Of a stretch of DNA of 64,000 nucleotides, positions 9,709-17,853 are shown piece after piece; positions within the stretch are counted from its first letter, which is position 1, and every line of letters starts with the position of its first letter. A model generated the notes under the pieces. The model searched no databases. It was not told where the DNA came from and saw nothing but the letters and a program-made list of their open reading frames with translations. This DNA comes from an uncultured Acidobacteriota bacterium (GTDB lineage: Bacteria; Acidobacteriota; Thermoanaerobaculia; Multivoradales; UBA5704). The position numbers and the translations under genes are program-made. The stretch is from assembly GCA_963700145.1 (NCBI GenBank), contig OY969474.1, positions 4,480,001-4,544,000 on the forward strand. Reading direction: 5' to 3'.

Positions 9709-11181
9709 CTAGGTCAGGAGGAACGAGGGGGCGTAGCCCGGCTGCTGATCCTCCATGACCTCAACCTCACGCGCTACAGCGTTCAATTGGTGCCCGAGGA
9801 AGCAGGCGCCGCTAAGCGGGCCGAAGTAGAAGAGCAGAAGCCGCCTGGCGCCGTGCTCTTTCACGAAGGAGCGCATCCGCTCCTTCGTACGTCGCGCGAA
9901 TGCCACTACGTCTGCCGCCGAGCCGAAACACTCGCGGCCGAGCTCCCGGTCAGGGCGTAGGAACAAGACGGCTTGTGCCGCCAGGGTCGCCTGCAGGTAC
10001 CTTCGGACGTCGTCATCGAGCGACCCTGTAACGCTGATTCCGACAGCGACGGAGGAGCGATCGCCACCCTCGATCTGCTCCCGGCCGTGTTCGAGAACAT
10101 CGAGGGTAGACGGCAGCGCATCGGTGCGCCAGAGCTTTCCCTGCTGGTCCACCTCGACCGTGTAGCGCGCGACGTCGGCGAACGTGTGTCCAAAGGCAAA
10201 CCACGCCGACAGCCGCGAGAGTCCTCGCGCGCGAATCAGGCGTGCCGTCGAGCTCGTGTTGAGCTGTCCCTCGAGGGCGCGGAGCTCGGGGAGCATCTTC
10301 TCGTTCCACGCCGCCGGGTCCAGGACGCGGTGTCCTCTCTTCTGCTCGTCGCCTTCGAAATATCCTCGCCAGTCGAGCAGGTGATCGGGAGGCACTTCGA
10401 ACCGCTGCTGCTTCACGGTCGAGAGGTAGACGGTAGTCGCTGGCTCGCTGCTGGCCGGCAGGTGAAGGCCATGCTCGGCCAGTAGCGCCTCAACGTCAGC
10501 GCGCCGCCGGGCTCCTCGCGCTGCCTTGACGAGGTTCCTCACGATGCCGACGCCGATCAACAGCGCCGCTGAGTCGTGCCGGAGGCCAAGGTGCTCCATT
10601 CGTTCGGCGACGCGCGCCTCCAACTCCTCCGCACAGTCGAAACCGAGGCGTAGCCGTAGCGAGCCGGCGAAGGCGCGGAACTCTTCCTCCTTGATCGAGA
10701 GGTGACTCAGCCACTGGTCGCGCGCCTTCCCGAGGGCGCCTCCCGGCGACGCCGTAAAGAAGTCCTCCGACAGCGCGCAGTCCGTACCCCGAATGCATTC
10801 TCTGACGCGGTCGGCTGGATCCCACGTCCAGTTGCTGACCAGCCGCAACTCGATCGGGAACTCGGCGTCAGTGCGCAGTGCCCGCCACGTCTCGTGGAAC
10901 TTCCTGAGCAGGCTCCTGCCCTTGCCTCTTGCATCGAGGAAGGTGTCCGTGGAGTACTGACTGCGCTGGTCGACGTGGTACTTCACCTGGAGGAACAAGT
11001 TAGGCCGAGTTGCCTGCTCCTCGTACTCCATCGTGATGTCGTCAACGAAGGCGGCATCCGGGTCCTCGATGGTGACGCTCCGGAGGTGACTCTTCGGCAT
11101 GAGCAACTCCAGCAGGTGCAACCAGCCGATCAGATGCTGGTAGTCGTCACCAGCGAGCCGGGCCGCAACCTGGTTTGCCAT
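9709..11181 (-). CDS. cap4: CBASS effector, Cap4-type restriction-like nuclease + SAVED domain
   Basis: N-terminal GDDYQ...VDDI...QVKYH PD-(D/E)xK-like motif; C-terminal SAVED-like LSAWFAFGH...LFYFGPLSGACFLGHQLN; start MANQVAAR coupled to the cyclase stop. Confidence 0.85.
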   Translation of the reverse strand: MANQVAARLAGDDYQHLIGWLHLLELLMPKSHLRSVTIEDPDAAFVDDITMEYEEQATRPNLFLQVKYHVDQRSQYSTDTFLDARGKGRSLLRKFHETWRALRTDAEFPIELRLVSNWTWDPADRVRECIRGTDCALSEDFFTASPGGALGKARDQWLSHLSIKEEEFRAFAGSLRLRLGFDCAEELEARVAERMEHLGLRHDSAALLIGVGIVRNLVKAARGARRRADVEALLAEHGLHLPASSEPATTVYLSTVKQQRFEVPPDHLLDWRGYFEGDEQKRGHRVLDPAAWNEKMLPELRALEGQLNTSSTARLIRARGLSRLSAWFAFGHTFADVARYTVEVDQQGKLWRTDALPSTLDVLEHGREQIEGGDRSSVAVGISVTGSLDDDVRRYLQATLAAQAVLFLRPDRELGRECFGSAADVVAFARRTKERMRSFVKEHGARRLLLFYFGPLSGACFLGHQLNAVAREVEVMEDQQPGYAPSFLLT

Positions 11182-12071
11182 CAGGACAGCGGGAACAACG
11201 GGCCGAGCAGTGCCCGCCACGCGCTGAGAGCGGCGCCGCCCTTCCCTCCCCGCGCCAAGTGGATCGCCTCCGTTGCCGCACCGCCGGCCGAGCTGAGGGC
11301 TGCTCTCGCGGACGCACACAGGTTGGCGTCCATCTTGTCGCTCACAGGTGGGCCGAGACCGGCCGGGTCAGCCCAGGTTTCGTGGATGCGGTCTGCGAGC
11401 GCGTGGAAGAAGCCCTGCATCTCGCGATCGAACTCGCCCCCGAAAGGAGGGTGCAGAACCTCGAGCGCCATCACTTCGACTAGGAAGGACGGCTTGACAA
11501 CCTTCCCCTGGTGGTTGTTCCAGTACTTCATCATTCTGACGAGAGCCTTCCACTCGCCGCTGTACGCTTGCTGTGCGTCAACCGCCTTCTGCTCGTGCAC
11601 CTTCGGGTTCGTGCTGGTCCAGCCTGAGCTCGCCTGCGTGTCTGGGATCTCGAAGTAGTCGTCCTTCGCGAACGCCGGCACAACATCGAAGCTCATCACT
11701 TGCTCGTCGGTCTGGTCGTCGGTCGAGACGACGCCGAAGTCAACGCTGACAGACCGGCGCTGCATCGCCACGCAGTCGCGGCCGTACTTTTCAGCGAGTG
11801 CCGACTCGACATCAGCGAGGAGTACAGTCGGCACCTTCGACCGATAGTGCCGCTCCTTCGCGCCCAGAACGCAGAAGATGTCCACGTCCTTCAGCGGCTT
11901 CGTTTTCGTCCAACGCTTGTAGGAGCCGGTGAGGAAGTCCGTCTCGATGTCGAACTTCGTGTCCATGTGCTCGCGGATCTCCCGCTGGCGGCGCGAGGCG
12001 TCCTTCTGCTCCTTGTCGGTCAGCTCCAGCCGGCTCTTGAACTTCCGGAATGCCTCGTCGATCGTCAGCAT
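11181..12071 (-). CDS. cdnD: CBASS CD-NTase, CdnD-like cyclic oligonucleotide synthase
   Basis: MLTIDEAFRKFKSRLEL...FLTGSYKRWTKTKPLKDVDIF...FDVVPAF...TNPKVH, closely resembling P. aeruginosa CdnD as recalled. Confidence 0.9.
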   Translation of the reverse strand: MLTIDEAFRKFKSRLELTDKEQKDASRRQREIREHMDTKFDIETDFLTGSYKRWTKTKPLKDVDIFCVLGAKERHYRSKVPTVLLADVESALAEKYGRDCVAMQRRSVSVDFGVVSTDDQTDEQVMSFDVVPAFAKDDYFEIPDTQASSGWTSTNPKVHEQKAVDAQQAYSGEWKALVRMMKYWNNHQGKVVKPSFLVEVMALEVLHPPFGGEFDREMQGFFHALADRIHETWADPAGLGPPVSDKMDANLCASARAALSSAGGAATEAIHLARGGKGGAALSAWRALLGPLFPLS

Positions 12072-12075
12072 CGCT

Positions 12076-12579
12076 TTACACTCTCCGGTAGTACGTCGCG
12101 CCGGCACCGAGCCCGCTGGCATCCACGGTGGTCCCGATGCTCTGCCGGACGAAGCCAGCCGTTGACCGGTAGGTCGTGCTTGACCAGCCGGAGACGTTAG
12201 GGCGCCCCGCCTTGGTGTGCACCACCACGCGATAGTCGCAAGTCGATGGCCACAAGCCCTGCTTCTGGATCGCATATCGAATCTGGTCGGTGTCGATCCA
12301 GAAGGCACCGGAACCGTCGGTCCATCCGTAGGCGATCGAGAAATCCCACCGTCCGACAAGCGCATCGGTCCGCGGGTTGAATACTTCGAGCGTGACAGTT
12401 TCGAGATCACGCGTCGTGATCCAGGTCGAGAGCCCTCGCTCGAGGTTCGTCCAGTCGTCCGCGATCTTGCTCGGATCCAGGCCGCTCTTCTTGATGATCT
12501 CTTGGAGGCAGTACAGCAGGTTGTTCGTCACGTAGGTGACGGAATGGGTGTACGTGTTGACGGCGACGAAGGTGCTCAT
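12076..12579 (-). CDS. cap7: Bacterial HORMA protein (Cap7/HORMA2)
   Basis: TYTHSVTYVTNNLL...SGLDPSK...LERGLSTW...GRPNVSGWS; position within type III CBASS. Confidence 0.85.
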   Translation of the reverse strand: MSTFVAVNTYTHSVTYVTNNLLYCLQEIIKKSGLDPSKIADDWTNLERGLSTWITTRDLETVTLEVFNPRTDALVGRWDFSIAYGWTDGSGAFWIDTDQIRYAIQKQGLWPSTCDYRVVVHTKAGRPNVSGWSSTTYRSTAGFVRQSIGTTVDASGLGAGATYYRRV

Positions 12580-13046
12580 GGCCGCAGGAAGGACTCCAGG
12601 TTGATGCTCGCCTCCGAAGCGGAGGTCTTCTCTTCAGTGTCAGGGGGAGACGTCTCCGCGAGGTCGCGGGCGGTGACCCGTGACGAGTGTCGCTTGAGGC
12701 TGGCATTTACCCAAGAGAGATCGTCTGTGGGGCAAGGTAGCGACATGGCCCAGGTTTCCGATTCGGCGGGCGAGCTAGGCAGAGCTGCCTCGTTCACGCC
12801 CTCACCCTCGATCGCTGCCTCTCCGTATACGCAGTACAACCGGATACGGGGGCCATTCCCGGTTACCACGATGGGAGACTCCTTCATCGCCTCGCGCGTG
12901 ATGAGGGATGACGCGATCCCGGTCACGCGCCGCAGTTCATCTTGGGCCGAGGTGTTCGTCGGCGCCACGAGGTCGATGACACGAAGCCACGTCTCGCTGG
13001 CGAGTCGGGCCGGAATCGACGCGAGCCTGCGCGCGACAACCGTCAT
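12576..13046 (-). CDS. cap8: Bacterial HORMA protein (Cap8/HORMA3)
   Basis: MTVVARRLASIPARLASETW...GPRIRLYCVYGEAA...SLPCPTDDLSWV; ATGA overlaps on both sides. Confidence 0.85.
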   Translation of the reverse strand: MTVVARRLASIPARLASETWLRVIDLVAPTNTSAQDELRRVTGIASSLITREAMKESPIVVTGNGPRIRLYCVYGEAAIEGEGVNEAALPSSPAESETWAMSLPCPTDDLSWVNASLKRHSSRVTARDLAETSPPDTEEKTSASEASINLESFLRP

Positions 13047-13972
13047 CGGATCTTCTCCGTGCTGCTCTTCTGCTCTGCCTTGGCCGCTTGCGCTGCCGCG
13101 AGGATGTCGGCGCCGGTCAGGGATGCTGGGTCGACAGCAACTTCCTTTCGCCGAGCGCAGGCGGAGACGACGACCTTCCGAATCTGGCGGCCGTCGAGCC
13201 CTTCGCAGACCGTCGCCGCCTTGGTAACGTCCTTGTCTCCATTCAGGCTCTTCAGCCGCGGGTACGCCTCGGCGAGCGCTGCGATCGTCGACAGGAGGAT
13301 CGAGTGACACGCCTCTGGGGTCGGAAGGCCGATCGTGCGCACGAGGTCGGCTCGCGACACCAGAGCGGAGTCGATCGCCCCAGGGAAATTGCTCGTGGCG
13401 ATGAATAGCAGCTTCTTCTGCTTCGCGGCGAGGTAATCCAGCTGCGCAAGGACCGCATCCGTCGCCCGGTGGACGTCGATCGGATTGGCTTCCAGGCTCA
13501 TCTTCGAGCGGTCAGCAGCGAGCGTCTCGACTTCATCGAGGAGAACGATGAGGGGGTCGCCCGCCTGCTCCGCGATGGTCTGCCCGAAGAGTTCGGTGAC
13601 GGCCTTCTGGCTCCGTCCCAGCCTCGCGCTTGCCAGCCCATGTGGCTCGACCTCGAGGTAGCGAAAGGCACCGAGTCCCTTCACAGCCGCGGCGATTCGA
13701 GAGGCAAGACCGCGTGCGAGAGAGGTCTTGCCGGTGCCCGGCGGCCCAACGAGGAGGAGTACACCGTGAAGCGGCACGAGTGCGGGGTTCACCCGGGGGC
13801 GGAGGGTGAAGTTGAGAACACCCTGAGCCAGGAGTTCGTCCTTCAGAGCCGGGGCGACAACGATGGCGTCCCACAGCGCATCGAAGTCGGCGTCCGGCAG
13901 TAGCCTGCTGTCGAGGATGCCTTCTGCCTCGACCCGCCACTCCTTCTTCGCTGCCGCCTGGTTGCTACGCAC
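13043..13972 (-). CDS. cap6: Trip13/Pch2-like AAA+ ATPase (Cap6)
   Basis: Walker A GPPGTGKT, Walker B LLDEVE, EANPIDVHRATDAVL, ATSN, SRAD. Confidence 0.9.
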   Translation of the reverse strand: MRSNQAAAKKEWRVEAEGILDSRLLPDADFDALWDAIVVAPALKDELLAQGVLNFTLRPRVNPALVPLHGVLLLVGPPGTGKTSLARGLASRIAAAVKGLGAFRYLEVEPHGLASARLGRSQKAVTELFGQTIAEQAGDPLIVLLDEVETLAADRSKMSLEANPIDVHRATDAVLAQLDYLAAKQKKLLFIATSNFPGAIDSALVSRADLVRTIGLPTPEACHSILLSTIAALAEAYPRLKSLNGDKDVTKAATVCEGLDGRQIRKVVVSACARRKEVAVDPASLTGADILAAAQAAKAEQKSSTEKIR

Positions 13973-13975
13973 TCT

Positions 13976-14623
13976 TCACTCGCTCTCTTTTGGGATCGTG
14001 GCGACGACAACACCCTGAAGCCGGAAGTCGGGGCCAACCACGATCGGTCGGTGCACAGGGTTCGTCGACATCGGTTCGAGCAGGATCGCGTCTCGCCCGA
14101 CGCGAAGGCGCTTCACGGTCGCGCTGTCGTCGATGAGTGCGACGACGTGCTCACCGGGCTCTGCGGTGTCCTGTTGCCTGACGAGCACAAGGTCACCGTC
14201 CTGGATCCCTACGCGGTCCATGGAGTCGCCCCGGACCCGGAGAATGAAGTAGCTCCAGCGCCCTCGAGCGAGGCTCGTCGAGACGGGGATATAGCTCTCG
14301 ACATTCTCAACAGCGAGGATCGGCTGGCCGGCCGCAACCTGGCCGATGACGGGCACCGGCACGGTATCGGTGCGGTCTGGTACTTCGGTGCCGGTATAGC
14401 GCCGCAGGACGCGGACGTTGCGCGCCCCCGCCGCGCGGTCGATATATCCGGCCTGTTGGAGGGCATCGAGGAACTGCGCGACGCTGCGTGGCGAGCGGAA
14501 CCCTCCTAACGCCTGCATCTCGCGCACACTCGGTGGTACCCCCTCGCGGGCCTGGTACTGGACGAGTCGCTCGAGGAAGAGCGACTGCTTGGGTGTGAGT
14601 TTCTCGGGACGGTCTTCTCCCAT
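13976..14623 (-). CDS. lexA: LexA-family repressor (S24 autoprotease)
   Basis: LTPKQ...PPSVRE...GFRSP wHTH; VAAG cleavage site; GDSM Ser and TVKR Lys catalytic motifs. Confidence 0.9.
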   Translation of the reverse strand: MGEDRPEKLTPKQSLFLERLVQYQAREGVPPSVREMQALGGFRSPRSVAQFLDALQQAGYIDRAAGARNVRVLRRYTGTEVPDRTDTVPVPVIGQVAAGQPILAVENVESYIPVSTSLARGRWSYFILRVRGDSMDRVGIQDGDLVLVRQQDTAEPGEHVVALIDDSATVKRLRVGRDAILLEPMSTNPVHRPIVVGPDFRLQGVVVATIPKESE

Positions 14624-14641
14624 GGAGCAGGATTATACACA
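14624..14641 (-). promoter_or_regulatory. -10 box (TATAAT) for the lexA-CBASS operon overlapping a DnaA box
   Basis: Minus strand TATAAT (14632-14637) 8 nt before the lexA ATG, no SD sequence; plus strand TTATACACA (14633-14641) fits TTWTNCACA. Confidence 0.55.
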
Positions 14642-14684
14642 AACGCGCCAATCCGCCGGAGTCGGCGTCGGGCCCGCGCCAGTA

Positions 14685-14847
14685 ACCGATGAAACTGTGA
14701 CGGTCAGACGCGCCCCTCTTTCCACAGCGGCCTGCGGATTCAGAGGAGTTTTCCAGATGAAACGGTGACGCCCCCACCGATGAAACTGTGACGCCCGTCG
14801 GCCTGGCACCGATGAAACGGTGACGCGGGCCCGATGATTCGGTGACG
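14685..14847 (+). repeat. Iteron array, candidate oriV
   Basis: Five copies of (CC)GATGAAAC[TG]GTGACG at about 14685, 14756, 14776, 14808 and 14831 (degenerate); DnaA-like boxes nearby. Confidence 0.8.
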
Positions 14848-15047
14848 CGACCTCGGTGCAAGTCATTGATGCTGCGGCACCTGCGCCGTCCCCCTGTAGT
14901 TCCCTGTAGATACTCCTCTAGCTCACCTCGTAGCAGCGCGACGGCGGCTGCGGAAAACAGCCAGGACCTGAGTCCGCAAGACCAGGGATCCGCGTGACGC
15001 TGCGCTCTCCCCCTCAACGCACGACCAGTCTCATCAGCCGCTCCGGG

Positions 15048-15093
15048 GCGTCAAGGCCGAGCCCTCCGGGTGGCCTGCGGCCAGCCTTGACGC
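15048..15093 (-). promoter_or_regulatory. Branched hairpin element upstream of ardC (candidate ssDNA promoter / ssi)
   Basis: GCGTCAAGG...CCTTGACGC stem enclosing two small hairpins; 38-nt core repeated with one mismatch at 46436-46473. Confidence 0.55.
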
Positions 15094-15186
15094 TTCCTCG
15101 CGGCCGGACTGGCTCTTCAGGTGCGTTGAGGGGAAGCCCTCAGGTTCTCGGAATCCACCGAGAACGGCACCGAGAGGAGAGCGGCG

Positions 15187-16119
15187 ATGTCGAAGGTCTA
15201 CGAGGTGATCACCGGTCAGATCGTGGAGCAGTTGGAGCGCGGGGTGGTTCCGTGGGCGCGGCCGTGGAAGGTGGATGGACTGGCGCCGTCGAACTTGGTC
15301 TCGCGGCGGCCGTACCGCGGGATCAACGTCTTTCTGCTCGGCTTCCGCGCGGCGACGACGCCGTGGTGGCTGACGTTCCGGCAGGCAAAGGCGCTGGGTG
15401 GCAGCGTGCGCGCGGGTGAGCGGTCGACGCCGGTGATCTTCTGGCGCTGGATCGACCGGGCCGAGCGCGGGATCGACGATGCGTCCTCCGGCAGCGAGCG
15501 GCGGCGCGAGCGCCTGCCGGTGCTGCGCTACTACTCGGTGTTCAACCTCGACCAGACCGAGGGGATCGACGTCTCGAAGGTCCCCGCAGTCGATGCTTCG
15601 GCTATCGACGGCGTACCGACCGCCGAAGAGATCGTCGCCCGGTTCCCGGATCCGCCGGCGATCGAGCACCTGGCGCAGCCACGGGCTTTCTATCGTCCGT
15701 CGACGGACAGCGTGACGATGCCGCCGAGAAACGCGTTCGAGCGGGCCGAGGGTTACTACTCGACGCTCTTTCACGAGCTCACGCACGCAACCGGCCACGC
15801 CAAGCGCCTGGCGCGGCCCGGCTTCGACAAGAACCACGCTTCGCCGTTCGGCTCCGAGCCGTACGCGCGCGAGGAACTGGTGGCGGAGTTGGGCGCCGCG
15901 TTCTTGTGCGGCGAGGCCGGCCTCGAGCCCGACATCTCGAACTCGGCGGCCTACATCGACCACTGGCGCCAGCAGCTCTCGCGCGACTCGCGCCTGGTGA
16001 TCACCGCCGCGCAGCAGGCGCAGCGGGCCGCCGACTTCATCCTCGGCCGCGTCGCGCGATCCGCCGAGGAATCGGAATCCCACTCGATGGAGGAAAGCCG
16101 AGAAGAAGAAGCAGCTTGA
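15187..16119 (+). CDS. ardC: ArdC-family antirestriction protein (ssDNA-binding + zincin)
   Basis: YEVIT..I...LERGVVPWARPW, YRGIN, WLTFRQA, FHELTHATGH, YAREELVAELGAAF. Confidence 0.92.
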   Translation: MSKVYEVITGQIVEQLERGVVPWARPWKVDGLAPSNLVSRRPYRGINVFLLGFRAATTPWWLTFRQAKALGGSVRAGERSTPVIFWRWIDRAERGIDDASSGSERRRERLPVLRYYSVFNLDQTEGIDVSKVPAVDASAIDGVPTAEEIVARFPDPPAIEHLAQPRAFYRPSTDSVTMPPRNAFERAEGYYSTLFHELTHATGHAKRLARPGFDKNHASPFGSEPYAREELVAELGAAFLCGEAGLEPDISNSAAYIDHWRQQLSRDSRLVITAAQQAQRAADFILGRVARSAEESESHSMEESREEEAA

Positions 16120-16190
16120 CTCGGAGCAGCGGGCTCGGTAGCGTCCGCAAGTCAACAAACGTTGATATAGAGACCGAAAGGGGAGATTCC

Positions 16191-16538
16191 GTGCTGAACA
16201 AGGTGCAGCTCATCGGCCACATCGGACAGGACCCGGAGATTCGCGAGACGCCGCAGGGCACCAAGGTTGCCGACCTTCGCCTGGCTACGAGCCGTTACTG
16301 GCGCGACGGCGAAGGCAACCGCCAGGAGGAGACGGAGTGGCACCGCGTCGTCTTCTGGGGCAAGACCGCTGAGAACGTCGCGTCGGTGCTCGCCAAGGGG
16401 CGGCTGGTCTACGTGGAGGGCCGGATTCAGACTCGGTCCTGGGAGGACGAGAGCGGCAAGCACTTCCGCACCGAGGTGATCGCGGAGAGTTGGCAGGCGT
16501 TGACCCGGGCTGCGGGCTCGGGAGAAGCCGCCGCGTAA
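16191..16538 (+). CDS. ssb: Single-stranded DNA-binding protein (no acidic tail)
   Basis: LNKVQLIGHIGQDPEIR...ETEWHRVV...KGRLVYVEGRIQTRSW; GTG start after GGGGAG. Confidence 0.92.
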   Translation: MLNKVQLIGHIGQDPEIRETPQGTKVADLRLATSRYWRDGEGNRQEETEWHRVVFWGKTAENVASVLAKGRLVYVEGRIQTRSWEDESGKHFRTEVIAESWQALTRAAGSGEAAA

Positions 16539-16819
16539 GCACTGAAGCGACGGGGCTGCTGGTTTCTCCAGAGGACCAGAGGCCGCGATCCCATTCCTTC
16601 TCGACCGCCGAGTCGGGAGAACTCTCGCCAGGAGGCGCAATGTGCGACAACGATCGAAGCTATTCAGTGACGGTGGGGCCCGAGCGGTCGTCCGAGTCCT
16701 GCTCATTCTCTTCGCCCTGCCACTCGTCATCCTCGCGGCAGTCGCCGGTGGGGCACTGTCGGGACTCCGAGCTCGGCCGCGGTTCTGAAGGGCGTTCGAC
16801 TAGGGCCGATTCGTACCCG

Positions 16820-17065
16820 ATGCCACTCGTCACGGCCGAGCGGATCTATCGCTGTTTGGGTGCTGGTCGAGCGGCGCGTGCGGGGGATGTGCTCCTTCGG
16901 CCTGAGGGAGTGAGCCGGTCCACGCTTCGGAGGTGGCTGCGGTCGGGCTGGATCGTGCACCGCGATCGAGTCGTTCTCACCGCCAAGGGTTGTTCTGCGC
17001 TCCCGGTTCACCAGGAGGTCGTGGCGTTCGCTCGACGGTCTGGTCGAAGCACCCTGTTTCTGTAG
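16820..17065 (+). CDS. Small hypothetical protein, possible winged-HTH
   Basis: GVSRSTLRRWLRSGWI...VVLTAKG resembles a wHTH core; no clear RBS. Confidence 0.3.
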   Translation: MPLVTAERIYRCLGAGRAARAGDVLLRPEGVSRSTLRRWLRSGWIVHRDRVVLTAKGCSALPVHQEVVAFARRSGRSTLFL

Positions 17066-17440
17066 GCCCACTCGGTGACACCCATCCGGACCCTGAGCCC
17101 ATCCGTCCCCCTCGCCCGCATGTCTTGGAAGGCCCGGCGAAGGCGGTCGGGTCAAGGGCGGTCGAAAGACCGGCGCCAGCGAACCCTTGACGCGATCGAC
17201 TGTCGGGCCACCCTTCAGCGCGCGAGGGGGCGACCGGTGTTGTGCTACCCCAGCGTCTCTGCCTGTTCTTCAATTCGACCGCTCCCGGAGCTTCGAGGCC
17301 ACTCCGACTGCTGGTTAGGAGCCAGCCATGTTTCCCGGCCCGGGAAACCTCGCCGCCGCTCTCGCGGCAGGCGGGTTTCTCCCGGGCAGGCAACGGCTGG
17401 CCGCGGCTCGCTTGGGCTCGCAGGCGGTATCGGCGGGCTC

Positions 17441-17466
17441 GAGTTGCAAATTTGCAACTCCCTGCC
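17441..17466. other. Candidate oriT (MOBP-type)
   Basis: Perfect 20-bp palindrome GAGTTGCAAATTTGCAACTC running into TCCCTGCC (similar to the RP4 nic ATCCTG^C), just upstream of mobC. Confidence 0.6.
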
Positions 17467-17490
17467 GAACGCCGCCAACCGGAGTCCGGT

Positions 17491-17853
17491 GTGACCCGCC
17501 GGGGGCGTCCGCGCAAGGACCCGGCGCGGGCGCGCGTCGTCAAGAACGGCGCGCATTTCACGCCGGCTGAAGACGGCCGCTTGCGAGATCGTGCCCGATC
17601 CCTCGGCATCACCGTCGCGGAGTTGTTGCGGGAGGCCGCCCTCGGTCGGCCCCTTCCCCGGCGTCACCAGCCCGACCCGATCGCGTCGGACCAATGGGTC
17701 GAGCTCGGCCGGCTCGCGGCGAACCTCAATCAGCTCCAGCGCGCGATCAACCGCGGACAGACCGAAGGCGTTCCGGTGGCGCTCGTCGAGGAGCTTCGCC
17801 GGTTGCTTCACGACGTCCGCCAGTCGCTGATCGGCAAGGCGGGCGCCGCGTGA
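17491..17853 (+). CDS. mobC: MobC relaxosome accessory protein
   Basis: RGRPRK, RHH-like segment, ELGRLAANLNQLQRAIN; overlaps relaxase start. Confidence 0.85.
   Translation: MTRRGRPRKDPARARVVKNGAHFTPAEDGRLRDRARSLGITVAELLREAALGRPLPRRHQPDPIASDQWVELGRLAANLNQLQRAINRGQTEGVPVALVEELRRLLHDVRQSLIGKAGAA

Noticed and set aside
11181-13310. Long N-terminal extensions of CBASS ORFs in the ORF track
   Set aside because: They overlap neighbouring real genes; starts reassigned to 11181, 12071 and 13046 by motif and stop-start coupling.
13976-14623. lexA as part of an imuABC/umuDC mutagenesis cassette or the host SOS locus
   Set aside because: No polymerase, imuA or recA neighbours; it abuts the CBASS ATPase.
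14685-14847. CRISPR array
   Set aside because: Repeats are only 15-19 bp with short irregular spacing and there are no cas genes; iterons fit better given repA.
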